The notes: generated by a model not told the origin, from the sequence alone. A DNA stretch of 62,025 bases, filler included, from 5 parts of 5 records of this genome joined end to end with filler, not necessarily neighbours in it, one strand, 5' to 3'; counted from the first letter of the whole stretch, positions 20,348-31,277 are shown. A program made the numbers and translations.

Positions 20348-21613
20348 TTATATTTTAACAACTTTAATTTTAGGGACTAATAAATGAACTGTTAAAAGAG
20401 CAATTAAATATCCGCATCCTGCAACCGCAAAAGGGATAGCATAACCACTCGTTCCAATATCCTGTAGAATTTTTCCTACACCAAATGCTACAATGGCACC
20501 ACCAACTGCACCGGCAAAACCTCCAAATCCGGCAACAGAAGCAGTGGCTTTTTTCGGAAAAATATCTGACATCAGGCTAAAAACATTTGCAGACCAACCA
20601 CAGTGTCCTCCGGCAGCCAGGGCAATTAATCCAACCGCCAGCCACATATTCGACACATGCGGTACCAAAGCCACAGGCAAAGCAAAAAGTGCACAGCTTA
20701 GTAGTCCTAACTTACGCCCCTTGTTTAGCCCAAATCCTACTTTCATAAATTTGGACGATAACCACCCCAAAAATATGCCAATGCCCCATGAAACCAAGTA
20801 AATAGTAAAAAATGGCAATCCAATTTCTTTTAGGTTCAGACCAAATTTCTCATTCAAAAATTTGGCTCCCCAGAATAAATAGAACCACCAAATCGGATCT
20901 GCCATAAATTTGGCAACAGCAATTGCCCATGCTCCGCGGTGTGGTAATATATCTTTCCATTTTATTTTCTCTGAAAGCTCTTCAGTATCACTATCAGAAT
21001 TTATATATTGAATTTCATTTGTTGAAACGTGAGAACTCTCCTCAGGCTTTCTGTAATATTTTAGCCATAGGAAAATCCAGATTATACTAATTGGAAATGT
21101 CCAAAGAAAACCCACCCTCCAATCGTTAAAACAAAGTACTAATGGAGGAATTACAAGAGGAGAAAGGATTGTACCAACATTAGCACCACCATTAAAAATT
21201 CCAATGGCCAATGCGCGTTCTTTTTTGGGAAACCACTCGGCAACAGCCTTTATAGCTGTTGGGAAACTCCCCGATTGCCCTACAGCCAAATTAAAACGTG
21301 CTATTGCAAATCCTACCCACGAACGAGCCAGGACATGCCCCAGAGTTGCCAAACTCCAGACAATTATTGATATAAGATAACCTTTCCGGGTTCCTATGTT
21401 ATCAATAATCTTTCCCATAAACAGGAAACATATTGCGTAGGCAATCATAAAAACACTGTTAATTATGCCATACTGTTGTTCGGTCCACCCTATACTTTTT
21501 TGCAGATCGGGAGCCAAAATTCCCAATGCCGATCGATCGATATACAAAATAGTTGTTGCCAAAAACAGCAATGAAAGTATTATCCAACGAAAGTTAATTT
21601 GTTTCCTTATCAT
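20348..21613 (-). CDS. MFS transporter, ExuT/hexuronate (ACS) family
   Basis: RWIILSLLFLATTILYIDR, AVAEWFPKKERALAIGIFNGG, DPIWWFYLFW; about 12 TM segments. Confidence 0.9.
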   Translation of the reverse strand: MIRKQINFRWIILSLLFLATTILYIDRSALGILAPDLQKSIGWTEQQYGIINSVFMIAYAICFLFMGKIIDNIGTRKGYLISIIVWSLATLGHVLARSWVGFAIARFNLAVGQSGSFPTAIKAVAEWFPKKERALAIGIFNGGANVGTILSPLVIPPLVLCFNDWRVGFLWTFPISIIWIFLWLKYYRKPEESSHVSTNEIQYINSDSDTEELSEKIKWKDILPHRGAWAIAVAKFMADPIWWFYLFWGAKFLNEKFGLNLKEIGLPFFTIYLVSWGIGIFLGWLSSKFMKVGFGLNKGRKLGLLSCALFALPVALVPHVSNMWLAVGLIALAAGGHCGWSANVFSLMSDIFPKKATASVAGFGGFAGAVGGAIVAFGVGKILQDIGTSGYAIPFAVAGCGYLIALLTVHLLVPKIKVVKI

Positions 21614-21667
21614 TGTTTATTAGGTTTAGTTGGTTTTCTTAATCTATATTTTTATTCAAACCAGATG

Positions 21668-22678
21668 TTAAAGTGATTTCCTGTAAATTATTCCCGGCGA
21701 AAAAACCTTATTTCGATAAGATGGATTAATGATAAATTCAGCTATTGCCTGTCCCATCTTTATAAAATCAGCACTTACTACAGTAATTCCATTTCGAATG
21801 ATTTCTTTCATTGGAGTCTCGTTATAAGATAAAATTCCGATTTCATTCCCAATCTTCATTCCTGCTTCTTCACTTAGTTTGATCAGGGAAATGAGATGAG
21901 CATCATCAATTACCCAAAATGCAGTTCCTTTTGTAACTAAATCTTTGCTTACTTTATTTTCAATGGAATAAAAAATATTGTTTTCCTCACAATACTGCTT
22001 AAAGATTAATTGAATTTCATCGGGATGCCCCATCCGAGGAGGAAAAACAAGAACAAACCGCTTGTACTTTTGCAACCTTTCGGTTAACATATCAAGCGAT
22101 TTCTTCAATTTCAAATAAAAATCCTGGTTAATTGAAGCACCCCCCTCCAATACTGGCGGACGAATTATTTGCAGCAATTTATTTTTGGGGATCTTCGATA
22201 ACAATGGTGCTACCGTAGGATGATTAAATCCGGTTATTACGTACAAACCATAAATCCCCAGGTTTTCTTGCAAAACCGATTTAAATATTTTAGGATTACA
22301 ATGATGAAAAAATAAGTCGATTGTAATGTTCGGATCCATTATCTCTTCAATTATTTTGTTGTATAAAATCTCTTGATAAGAATTAAATTCTGTAAGAAAA
22401 ACAAAAACTTTTAATTCCCTTTTAACATTTACATCCCTTACAAAATAGCCGACTTTATCTTCTGAAATAATAATTCCCCGTTCTTTAAGTACATTAAGGG
22501 CTTTTACAACGGTCATACGAGCTACGCCCAGTTTACTTATAAATTTATTTACAGAGGGTAAAGGATCATTTTTGGAAAGGACATTTTTTTCAATTGCTTC
22601 TAAAACGCCATTCACAATTGCATCCTTTTTCGATTTCCCCTGTGACTCAATATTTATGTAATCAAAAACGCCTGGCAT
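21668..22678 (-). CDS. GntR-family regulator with periplasmic-binding-protein-like C-terminal domain
   Basis: LPSVN..LGVARMTVVKALNVLKERGII..GYFV helix-turn-helix; DLFFHH; GILSYNETPMK. Confidence 0.88.
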   Translation of the reverse strand: MPGVFDYINIESQGKSKKDAIVNGVLEAIEKNVLSKNDPLPSVNKFISKLGVARMTVVKALNVLKERGIIISEDKVGYFVRDVNVKRELKVFVFLTEFNSYQEILYNKIIEEIMDPNITIDLFFHHCNPKIFKSVLQENLGIYGLYVITGFNHPTVAPLLSKIPKNKLLQIIRPPVLEGGASINQDFYLKLKKSLDMLTERLQKYKRFVLVFPPRMGHPDEIQLIFKQYCEENNIFYSIENKVSKDLVTKGTAFWVIDDAHLISLIKLSEEAGMKIGNEIGILSYNETPMKEIIRNGITVVSADFIKMGQAIAEFIINPSYRNKVFSPGIIYRKSL

Positions 22679-22699
22679 ATTCTATTCTATTCTACCCAA

Positions 22700-22707
22700 C
22701 AAATGTA
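22700..22707 (-). promoter_or_regulatory. Bacteroidota -7 promoter box upstream of the GntR gene
   Basis: Minus strand TACATTTG matches TAnnTTTG. Confidence 0.5.
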
Positions 22708-22792
22708 TTTTGTATTGCCTTTAAAGAACTTACTAATATAATAGATACTAATTAATAGAACAGTAATTTAGAACCCATATTAATTACTGGCA

Positions 22793-25660
22793 TTAGTATA
22801 AACTTACAGGTCCTAACAATCCCATAGACTGTATAGGTTGGTTCTTACTACCTTTCATTGTATATTTTTGTGCAGTTTTATTATCTGTCAATGTTTTCAT
22901 ATAGTTGCCCATTGAGGTTATCACATGTACCTCTATTTCATTTTCACCGTCTTTTAAAACATCAGAAAGGTTGTATATGCGGTCTCCATACCATTTAACA
23001 CCTAAGGATTTGCCATTGATAAAAAGTTCCGACACCCCCCAAACCTTACCAAGATTCAGGTAATTTGCCCCAGCTTTATTTTTGTTAATTTTTTTACGGT
23101 ATATAGCAGTTCCGGTAAAACTTACATGTTTGGTTTCTTTTAAATCTGTTAAAGCATACATTTTTACTACTTTAACCGTATGTTCCCGGCTATGGCGAAG
23201 TTCAAGTTCCCAATCGTTATTCAAGTCCTCAACACAACCACCGGTAACAGGCACAGGTTTCCACAGTTGACCATTTTTCTCTTTATTAAATACAACAATG
23301 CGCGATTCAGCAGGGCCAAGCTCCATATCAAAACTGTTATTATGGAGTTCTATTCGGAACCGTTCTCCGGTTTCAGGTTCCCAAATCCATGGATACAAAC
23401 CTTTTGTTACAGATTGAGAAAACTTCACCTCCGTTTTATAACGTTTGTGCATATGAACATTCTGAAAAAAGAAAATTTCACTTCCATTATCAGCCTGGTA
23501 ACGTGTTTGCATAAAAAAACGATCAGGCTTTTCTATATCAATGTAGAAAGGCAACTTATACTGCTCCTTTACTTGCCCATACCATTCGAGGAAACGATTA
23601 TCGGTTGGTTTGCGCAACAGCATAAACCGATCTTCGTATTTTTTCATTTTTGAAACAAGTCTTGTAACCTCTTTATTCCTTTCTTCCCAATCTTTTAAGC
23701 CTAATGATTTTTCAGGATATTTCTCGATACAAAATATACGTCCTCCTGAAGAAACAAACTCAAGCAGTTTTTTTAGCGTTGAAATACCAATACTTGTTAC
23801 TTCGGGAAGAAAAAGTACTCCATATTCTTTTTCCCCGTAACAAAGTTTTCCTTTTTTTATTTCCGAATCATTGATAACAATTTCAGTTATATAATCAGCA
23901 GCGCCACCTGTTTTATTAATCGATTCCCAGAGAATAGAGGTATAAGGAACATTTAGTTTGGCGGGGAAAGGATCGGTTTGTACCCCTATTTCTCCCCACA
24001 TGTCGTAATTTGCCGGCATTATTGCCATATCGGTATACATATCGGCATTTTGCAACAAAGACGAAATACGTGCTTTATATTGATTTAGGTACTCGAAATA
24101 AGGCCACCAATTGTTGTTTTCGTTGTAATATGATCCGTATTGCACCCACCCGGGGAAAGGTGCTTCAGGTGGAGAGTAATTGAAACCATGCCAAACAGAA
24201 TGAGTTACCCCTGACATAATACTCATATCAGATCCAATCTTGAGTTTCTCAAGGGTAACGTTAAAAACGTCATAGGTGTTCGTCATTTCTTCGCAACTAA
24301 CAACACGTTGACCAGAAAGATGAGCTGCCGATGAAACGTATTTATTAATCATGGTATAACCGCGTCCGCGACGGTAATCATTGTCCGACATTTCTTCGCC
24401 AACACGATGTTTTAACCAGTTGGTTGTCCACGACTCGCCTTCAGGAATATCGTAGCCCAGGCTTGTTTCCAGGGGAAAGAATGCTCGTCCGTAAGCCTGT
24501 GCCCTCGATTTCACATTGTTGTCCTTACACCACTCAAGGTAAGTTTGCGTAAACCGTTCGTGTAATAATTCAGCTTTTGTAAGTTCAAAATCAAAACGAA
24601 CACGTTTTATAATTTCATCAAACTCCTCCGTTCGTTTTACTCCATAATTATAGTTCCTCACATCTCCCAATCTCCCGGTTTTAAACATGGTAAAAGGAAG
24701 ATAGGGCAGTAAGTCATACCCCCGTCGTTTTTTAAATTCCGAAGGAAGGTCTTTATTCCAATTGCATCCTTCCAGTTCCATCGAGTCAGTAAAAAACGAC
24801 CTTAAATGATTGGATAGTGGTCCTGTACGCTTCTGAATAGTATCCGACATATGGTCGAGATATTTTCGAACAGCTTTTTTATCCATGTGGTTAAGAATTG
24901 GTCCGGCTGCACCGGGAGCCCCATTAATTACGCTGGCAAACGAATCTACTTTTACTAGAGCATAAAAAACATGTTTTCCCTTGGGGACATCAATTTTTAT
25001 TACCTCTTCGTCTTTCTTATCGGTAAGTTCAATTACCTGCTCCAGGTTATTCATTGGCTCAGGAACCAACTTTAGCGACAAAATTTCAAATGTCCGCCCG
25101 GGAAACGGGACACTAACTCCCGGGTCCGCATGATCGAAGATATTAAATCTAGAGGTTTCGAATACCGTTGGTCCTTCCAGGTGCTCAGCATAGATTAATG
25201 CCACTTGTGCTCTTTCGTTACGAGACAGGATTTCTGCACCAAAAGGCCAGCCTGATCCAACAATTAGATCACAGGTCATATCCAGCTTTTTTGCTTCTTT
25301 AAAAGTTACCTGCAACATATCCAGCCACTCATCGCTGAGCCATGTTAACGACTTTTTCCCAACATCGTCGCCAGTTCCCGGAAACTCTATTGGATTTATT
25401 TCTACACCTCCTATTCCGGCTTCTTTGAGCAAGTGTAACTCACGTATAAGCTCCTTTTCTTCTATTTTATTGCCATTCCACCACCATCGAACAAATGGAT
25501 GATAACAAGACTCTGTATTTCTAAATACGGAATACAAACCTATATTTCTTTCATCGGTACGGTTGACAGATGAGTTAATACCCATAACCGGTAGGGATCC
25601 AAATAAAACTGATCCCGCTGATAATACTGTACCTTGCTTAATGAAATTCCTTCGCTTCAT
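22793..25660 (-). CDS. GH106-like glycoside hydrolase with Tat signal peptide
   Basis: MKRRNFIK twin-arginine signal; PFVRWWWNG, GIGGVEINPI, GSGWPFG, TDSMELEG; C-terminal beta-sandwich ending MGLLGPV. Confidence 0.8.
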   Translation of the reverse strand: MKRRNFIKQGTVLSAGSVLFGSLPVMGINSSVNRTDERNIGLYSVFRNTESCYHPFVRWWWNGNKIEEKELIRELHLLKEAGIGGVEINPIEFPGTGDDVGKKSLTWLSDEWLDMLQVTFKEAKKLDMTCDLIVGSGWPFGAEILSRNERAQVALIYAEHLEGPTVFETSRFNIFDHADPGVSVPFPGRTFEILSLKLVPEPMNNLEQVIELTDKKDEEVIKIDVPKGKHVFYALVKVDSFASVINGAPGAAGPILNHMDKKAVRKYLDHMSDTIQKRTGPLSNHLRSFFTDSMELEGCNWNKDLPSEFKKRRGYDLLPYLPFTMFKTGRLGDVRNYNYGVKRTEEFDEIIKRVRFDFELTKAELLHERFTQTYLEWCKDNNVKSRAQAYGRAFFPLETSLGYDIPEGESWTTNWLKHRVGEEMSDNDYRRGRGYTMINKYVSSAAHLSGQRVVSCEEMTNTYDVFNVTLEKLKIGSDMSIMSGVTHSVWHGFNYSPPEAPFPGWVQYGSYYNENNNWWPYFEYLNQYKARISSLLQNADMYTDMAIMPANYDMWGEIGVQTDPFPAKLNVPYTSILWESINKTGGAADYITEIVINDSEIKKGKLCYGEKEYGVLFLPEVTSIGISTLKKLLEFVSSGGRIFCIEKYPEKSLGLKDWEERNKEVTRLVSKMKKYEDRFMLLRKPTDNRFLEWYGQVKEQYKLPFYIDIEKPDRFFMQTRYQADNGSEIFFFQNVHMHKRYKTEVKFSQSVTKGLYPWIWEPETGERFRIELHNNSFDMELGPAESRIVVFNKEKNGQLWKPVPVTGGCVEDLNNDWELELRHSREHTVKVVKMYALTDLKETKHVSFTGTAIYRKKINKNKAGANYLNLGKVWGVSELFINGKSLGVKWYGDRIYNLSDVLKDGENEIEVHVITSMGNYMKTLTDNKTAQKYTMKGSKNQPIQSMGLLGPVSLY

Positions 25661-25684
25661 ATAAAATTCTTATTGATAGCTATT

Positions 25685-28600
25685 TTAATTTTTAACCAAC
25701 TGAAGTGGTCCTATTATTCCCGAAGGTTTTAATTCTGAGTCTTTATCCAGAAACCTTCCTATTGGCCCAGCTGTCCATATATTACGTAACTCTCCGTATT
25801 CTCTTAAATCTCCGATTATCCGGTTACGAACAGTTGTGCCAAGAATTATTTTTAAATGATTCTGTTCTTTTAATAATTCACCAACGCAAAACTTATTGTC
25901 CGACGACCATGCTGTGCCAAGCATATGGTTATTTAAAACAACTTCTGTAGTTGCATCAAATTCTCCCAGCGACAAACAAACCTGCTTTTTATGGCGCAGA
26001 TAGTCAGTTGGCAGATTAAAATCAATCTCGTAAATTGCTGTGCCTGAGAAAAATTTAATCTTTCGATCAGAGTAATTGGTAAATGATTTAAATTCGTTTA
26101 TTTCAATTGTATCTATTTCGCCATAATTAATAGGCTGGAATATTACCCTTCCTTTAAAGTCGGTTACCACATAAGTTTCATGGGGCTTACTTTCTGTTTC
26201 CAACTTTGTCTTTTCCTTTTTTGAAAATATTAAAAACAATGATTGTTGTGGTTTGAACTCTATTGATACGGTAACCGTACCCGCTTCATTCGTAAAAAAC
26301 GGAACATTCTTTATCTCCCCAGTTATAGGATCCCAAATTTCGGGTGTACTCTTGTCTGATACCTTAAAAACACAGTCTCTGGAATATGCTGAATCTTTTT
26401 GATTGACCACATAAAATACATCGTTATTTGCGGTTGTTTTATGAATGTACATCAGGTTTAAAGAATCGGGTTGGTTGGTTGTAAAATCAGGATTTATATT
26501 ATACCTGCTAATGGTTTGAGTTAATGGTTCACCCCAAATCATCGTACCTTTTCCATAATTGTTTTCTCCGGTTTTATCATTGTTGTATCCGGTCCATATT
26601 TCATCGGCCAGTTTTTTAAATTCTGCTCCCCTATTCATTCGTGCATTTAAAGAAAACATTTGCACAGGCTTTTTTCCATAAATTAATGCCCCTTGACTTA
26701 ATAAACGCCCAAGCTCTATTAAGCTATTGAACTCAAGCATGGGTTTATCGGGTAATACCAGAATAGAAAATTCCTGATGCCCCGAATATGTTAACTTTCC
26801 ATTTTTAACGGAAAGTTTTGTAAGCACATCGTAATTACACGGAATAGTCTGATAAGCGGCAGACAAGCTTTCTACTTCCTTATTTTCAAAAAACTGGGGT
26901 AATTGATCACCTAAATAATACAAAATTTCTGAAGCGATTACACCTTTTTGAAGAATATATTGTCCTCGTGCCAGGTAATCTGTCCAGCTTTTGCTGTGCT
27001 GCCACGAAGGATAATGCCGATTAAAATGCGAACCGTGTTGCCCCAAGGTTAAACCGGGCTGTTTCTCTGCAGGTTGATGCACATAGCTATGTAAAATCAT
27101 TTGGTTTATGCCCGAACAAAAAGCCCTGTCACCAAACAACTTCAAATCAGAAGGTGACTCACTATAATGGGCAAAGCCTGTAAATGCTTCGGTACCAATT
27201 ACTGGCTTATTGTAAAAATTAGCCGCATAAACAGGGAAATTCAGGATAGGAGTTGGTAAAGGCTTATATTCAACGAATTGTTCCTCGTTTCTGTCTGCCC
27301 AAAATTCAAACATGGGCATATCCATATAGTCATTGGTTTTTAATACATCAACCGGAGGAAATGGACCAGTATCGCCATAAATTACTTCACCATGCAGTTC
27401 TAATCCGTTTTTATGGCACAAAGTATTAAAATGATTGTAGTAATTAAGCTCAAATAAGTCGGCAATTGTTTTTCTGAAATCGTATAAAAAACCTTCCGAT
27501 GCTTCTGTACTTTCAACAGTCTCACCACATAATGCCGGAATCCATGAGAATAATTCATATCCCCGTAATTTCATAAATTCTTCAGGCATTGCTTTTGTCC
27601 ATGTCTGGTAGCCTCGCTCCCAACTATCAATCAGGAAAAACTTAAAAGTGTTTCCTGTATAAGTTCCGGCGTGGTCAATCAACTTCTGCGGGAAATGACT
27701 AAAATGGAAATTTAATGCTGTTGTATCCATTTTATCGCACTCAAGTCCTCTTCCTTCTTTTGTAGCCGGACCATTTTCTGCCCCCGTAGTTGTATACCCG
27801 AAACGAATAACACACCAGTTTCCCTCTGGTTTTTCCCAGTTTAAGACACCATCTGATGTCATTTTTCCGGTTAAGTTGATAATATCTTTTTTCTCGATTA
27901 TTTTATCCTGACTGATTTTGGAATTGGAAGTATACAGTTTATCAATGTCTATTATTCTTGCCGATGCTGCTTTTTCAAGCGGATAAAACACACTTGGATT
28001 ATAAGCCGGTTCCTCTTTGGTACTCAGCAGTTGTAGTTCGGCTAATGCGGCATGATGCCACGGCCGAAGTTGATGAATTTTTTTCACCTCAACCTGAAAA
28101 TATTTAGCCTCAGTTGAAGGAATATCAATTATATCAGTTACGTAAAATTTATTTGAAGAAACCTCTGTAATTTTCTTAAAATGTATACCATCATTCGACG
28201 CTTTAATGGTGTACTCAATGGTTTTAGGTCCCGGAAAATAAAATGCCCCCTTAAAATTCTGCAATAAAGAAACTTTTGTAATCAACTTTTTAGTTGGATA
28301 GGAAATATTAAAAACATGACCTTCCCGAACCTCCAGCATACTTTCAGGATTACCATCAACCAAAGACTTCCCTTCGATAGTGCCATTGAGGTTTACCTTT
28401 GGTAATTCACTTTCCGTTAAAAATCCATTTGGATTCTTTTTATATGCAATTACAGCCACATCACAATAAAAGTCAGTCTCGCAAATTGGTTTTTGCAGTA
28501 TTACTTTATTGGTACTATTAGAAATATTAGTTTTGCTAAAAACAAATTTCTTCATCGACATTTCAGGGGTAATCCATGGGCCTCCGCTTTCGCTCCAACC

Positions 28601-28966
28601 ATCGCAATTGTGCATTCCAATGGTAATGCCCAACCTGTTAGCTTCTTTTAATGCCCATTTGAACATTTCATACCACTCTGCGGAATTAAAAATAACTTTT
28701 TCAACTCCTAAATTCTGCCCCGTGCCCATACCAATATTAAGTATAGTTGCCTGGCTTACTCCCTGTTTCTTCATCGACTCAAGATCTTTTGTAATGCCAT
28801 CGCGGGAGATACGCCCACCCATCCAATGCCACCAGGTATGTACAGCAACATCGCTTTTAGGTTCCTTAAAAAGTTCCTCATCAAAATCAGAATCAGTTCT
28901 TTTCGAACCACAACTGCAGATAAAAAATATTAGGAACATGAATAAGAAAGTTCTTGTATTTCTCAT
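25685..28966 (-). CDS. GH106 alpha-L-rhamnosidase-like lipoprotein with discoidin-like insertion
   Basis: Lipobox ICSC; TWWHWMGG, GITKDLESMK, HNCDGWSESGGPWITPE, GLECDKM, IDSWE, EAFT, SGIIGP. Confidence 0.88.
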   Translation of the reverse strand: MRNTRTFLFMFLIFFICSCGSKRTDSDFDEELFKEPKSDVAVHTWWHWMGGRISRDGITKDLESMKKQGVSQATILNIGMGTGQNLGVEKVIFNSAEWYEMFKWALKEANRLGITIGMHNCDGWSESGGPWITPEMSMKKFVFSKTNISNSTNKVILQKPICETDFYCDVAVIAYKKNPNGFLTESELPKVNLNGTIEGKSLVDGNPESMLEVREGHVFNISYPTKKLITKVSLLQNFKGAFYFPGPKTIEYTIKASNDGIHFKKITEVSSNKFYVTDIIDIPSTEAKYFQVEVKKIHQLRPWHHAALAELQLLSTKEEPAYNPSVFYPLEKAASARIIDIDKLYTSNSKISQDKIIEKKDIINLTGKMTSDGVLNWEKPEGNWCVIRFGYTTTGAENGPATKEGRGLECDKMDTTALNFHFSHFPQKLIDHAGTYTGNTFKFFLIDSWERGYQTWTKAMPEEFMKLRGYELFSWIPALCGETVESTEASEGFLYDFRKTIADLFELNYYNHFNTLCHKNGLELHGEVIYGDTGPFPPVDVLKTNDYMDMPMFEFWADRNEEQFVEYKPLPTPILNFPVYAANFYNKPVIGTEAFTGFAHYSESPSDLKLFGDRAFCSGINQMILHSYVHQPAEKQPGLTLGQHGSHFNRHYPSWQHSKSWTDYLARGQYILQKGVIASEILYYLGDQLPQFFENKEVESLSAAYQTIPCNYDVLTKLSVKNGKLTYSGHQEFSILVLPDKPMLEFNSLIELGRLLSQGALIYGKKPVQMFSLNARMNRGAEFKKLADEIWTGYNNDKTGENNYGKGTMIWGEPLTQTISRYNINPDFTTNQPDSLNLMYIHKTTANNDVFYVVNQKDSAYSRDCVFKVSDKSTPEIWDPITGEIKNVPFFTNEAGTVTVSIEFKPQQSLFLIFSKKEKTKLETESKPHETYVVTDFKGRVIFQPINYGEIDTIEINEFKSFTNYSDRKIKFFSGTAIYEIDFNLPTDYLRHKKQVCLSLGEFDATTEVVLNNHMLGTAWSSDNKFCVGELLKEQNHLKIILGTTVRNRIIGDLREYGELRNIWTAGPIGRFLDKDSELKPSGIIGPLQLVKN

Positions 28967-29127
28967 TTAATTATCTTTTAAAAAGGTATTTTCTTACTTT
29001 CTAAATTCTATTTCAATCTTAAAATTTGTTCTATACTTTTTATTCACTAAAAGTAAAACACCAAAGGACTACCAAATAAATTTATAGAACAGGTTTTCAT
29101 GAAGCAGAACACATTTTTAGTTTGATT

Positions 29128-31125
29128 TTAGTTCTTTACACCGATCTCCCTGACCGGAATTTGTTTAAAACCAGGTAATTTTTTAAATACCTCAGAAGAT
29201 TCTTTAAGCCTAAAATCCTCATTCTTTTTATCGATAAAACCGGGATCATCCATCGTAGCAAAATTATTATCCGGAAGAACAAATAGATCTTTCTTATTTT
29301 CCCAGATCAACTGCTCTGTACTTACAAACACATTGTTTTCAAATACATTTCGTTTGGGTTGTGCAGGGTTCTCATCCCAATAATTGATTAACCTGGGATA
29401 GCGCTCACTATAAGGTGGTTGGTTATAATTTATTTCATACAACTGTCGATCAATAATCCCTCCTTCCTGAACCATATTTTTGGCCCAATCGTAGCTTAAA
29501 AATCGATCATCTATTTTAATGCCAATAGCATTATCGATAAAAATATTATTGATGTAAACATTATCGCTTCCTCCGCCAATTTGAGAAGCAAAAGAACCTG
29601 CTTTGTATAAGATATTGCCAATTAAGGTTAAGGCGCAGGCACCATCGTCGTGATAAATACCAGCCGACCTGAATCCTTCTCTTCCAATGTGATGGAAATA
29701 ATTGTAACGAAGGATATTTCCCCTTTCCGAAGGATTTCTTCCATAATAAAAAGCTCCTACATCATCGGTCGACAGGCAGACATCATGAATATTGTTATAC
29801 TCAATTAAATGCTCGTTTCCGTTTAGCAAAATAGCATTATGAGAAGCATTAAATATCTCATTATGAGAAATACGGTTACCAACCCCGGTTATTTTAACAC
29901 CGGGGCAATACGTTTTATAAATACGATTGTAACCGTAAATTCTACAATTACTTACAAAATTACCCGCAGCTTCTAATGTTTTACGATCGCCTCCAAACAA
30001 GCGTACTCCTCCAGCCCCTGTATGTTTAATGATGCAATTTACAACGCCGTTATTTTTACTTAATAAGGATTTTTCATCATTATTATCAATCTCAACGGCA
30101 TAGCAACCAACATTTTTTAAGGTACAATCAGATAAAAAACAGTTCTTTGATCCGTACATTTCAACAGCCACTGCCCTTGTACAGTCGAAAGTAATCCCTT
30201 TAATGGTAATATTTGATGAACCTTTTATTTGAACAAATGGGACTTTAAGCATTGAAACTTTAAGCGACTGAATATTGCCAGGACTATAAAAGTAAAGTAT
30301 TCCCTCCTTCCTGTCGATAAAATATTCTTTAATCATATCAAGTTCTGCAGCAATGTTACAGGCGTACCACCTTGTAACAACTTTATCTGAATTAAAACCA
30401 TAACGATTCGCTTTTCCGGTTTTAAAAGTTTTATTTTTCAAATCGATAGATGCCAGAGGCAACGCATCATCGGCCCATCCAGCCTTAAAATATCCATACA
30501 ACCAAATATCTTCAGTTCCTTTCCAGGTTTCAGGGTGCTTCATAATATACTTAAACTCCCCGCCAGTGTCACTGCTATCACCTTCAATTATAATAGAGCA
30601 ATCTTCTATTACTTCCCCCATTTTTACGTAAGAATCGTCGGGCCATCTCGACAAATGAAAAGGAATGTCGTTTACAAAAAGTTCCATCCAAACCGGGATT
30701 ATAGGACGCATGTACCCCACAGAGCGAAGCTTTCCGTAATCAGTAATCCCATTTTTCTTTAGTTGAACCATTGAAATTGCTTCACGGCTTTTTTCAGGAA
30801 ATAATTTTTCTTTATCCGTACCCGCCACTGGCATTACCAATTTTGGATCGATTGATAATCCTCCGGAAAAGCAAACCTTCTCGTTCTGATAAGGAGCAAT
30901 TGTAATATTGCTGTCTTTGGCTGTTAATTCAACCGTTTGCTCAAAAAAATACTCGCCTTCCCGAATTAGAATATTATAAGGGCTGTTTTCTCCACCTGCC
31001 CTTTGTTCCCGCACAAAATCAACAGCTCTCTGAATGGTTAGAAACGGGCTATCAATTGTTCCGCTTCCCTGATCGTTGCCCTGCTGTGATACAAAAACAT
31101 CTGCTTTGGTTGAACACGATATTAA
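29128..31125 (-). CDS. right-handed parallel beta-helix protein (pectin-lyase fold), 5' truncated
   Basis: The frame stays open beyond the track's start to the contig edge: LISCSTKADVFVSQQGNDQGSGTIDSPFLTIQRA. Beta-helix repeats (GVGNRISHNEI, HLIEYNNIHDV, DVGAFY, GIYHDDG). Confidence 0.85.
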   Translation of the reverse strand, partial: LISCSTKADVFVSQQGNDQGSGTIDSPFLTIQRAVDFVREQRAGGENSPYNILIREGEYFFEQTVELTAKDSNITIAPYQNEKVCFSGGLSIDPKLVMPVAGTDKEKLFPEKSREAISMVQLKKNGITDYGKLRSVGYMRPIIPVWMELFVNDIPFHLSRWPDDSYVKMGEVIEDCSIIIEGDSSDTGGEFKYIMKHPETWKGTEDIWLYGYFKAGWADDALPLASIDLKNKTFKTGKANRYGFNSDKVVTRWYACNIAAELDMIKEYFIDRKEGILYFYSPGNIQSLKVSMLKVPFVQIKGSSNITIKGITFDCTRAVAVEMYGSKNCFLSDCTLKNVGCYAVEIDNNDEKSLLSKNNGVVNCIIKHTGAGGVRLFGGDRKTLEAAGNFVSNCRIYGYNRIYKTYCPGVKITGVGNRISHNEIFNASHNAILLNGNEHLIEYNNIHDVCLSTDDVGAFYYGRNPSERGNILRYNYFHHIGREGFRSAGIYHDDGACALTLIGNILYKAGSFASQIGGGSDNVYINNIFIDNAIGIKIDDRFLSYDWAKNMVQEGGIIDRQLYEINYNQPPYSERYPRLINYWDENPAQPKRNVFENNVFVSTEQLIWENKKDLFVLPDNNFATMDDPGFIDKKNEDFRLKESSEVFKKLPGFKQIPVREIGVKN

Positions 31126-31127
31126 TA

Positions 31128-31227
31128 NNNNNNNNNNNNNNNNNNNNNNNNNNNNNNNNNNNNNNNNNNNNTTAATTAATTAANNNNNNNNNNNNNNNNN
31201 NNNNNNNNNNNNNNNNNNNNNNNNNNN
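31128..31227. other. artificial contig spacer
   Basis: N-run + TTAATTAATTAA + N-run. Confidence 0.98.
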
Positions 31228-31277
31228 AAAATTTGCAAAAGAGTGCAATTTTTGCCATCGCTTCGAAAAAGAAATTT

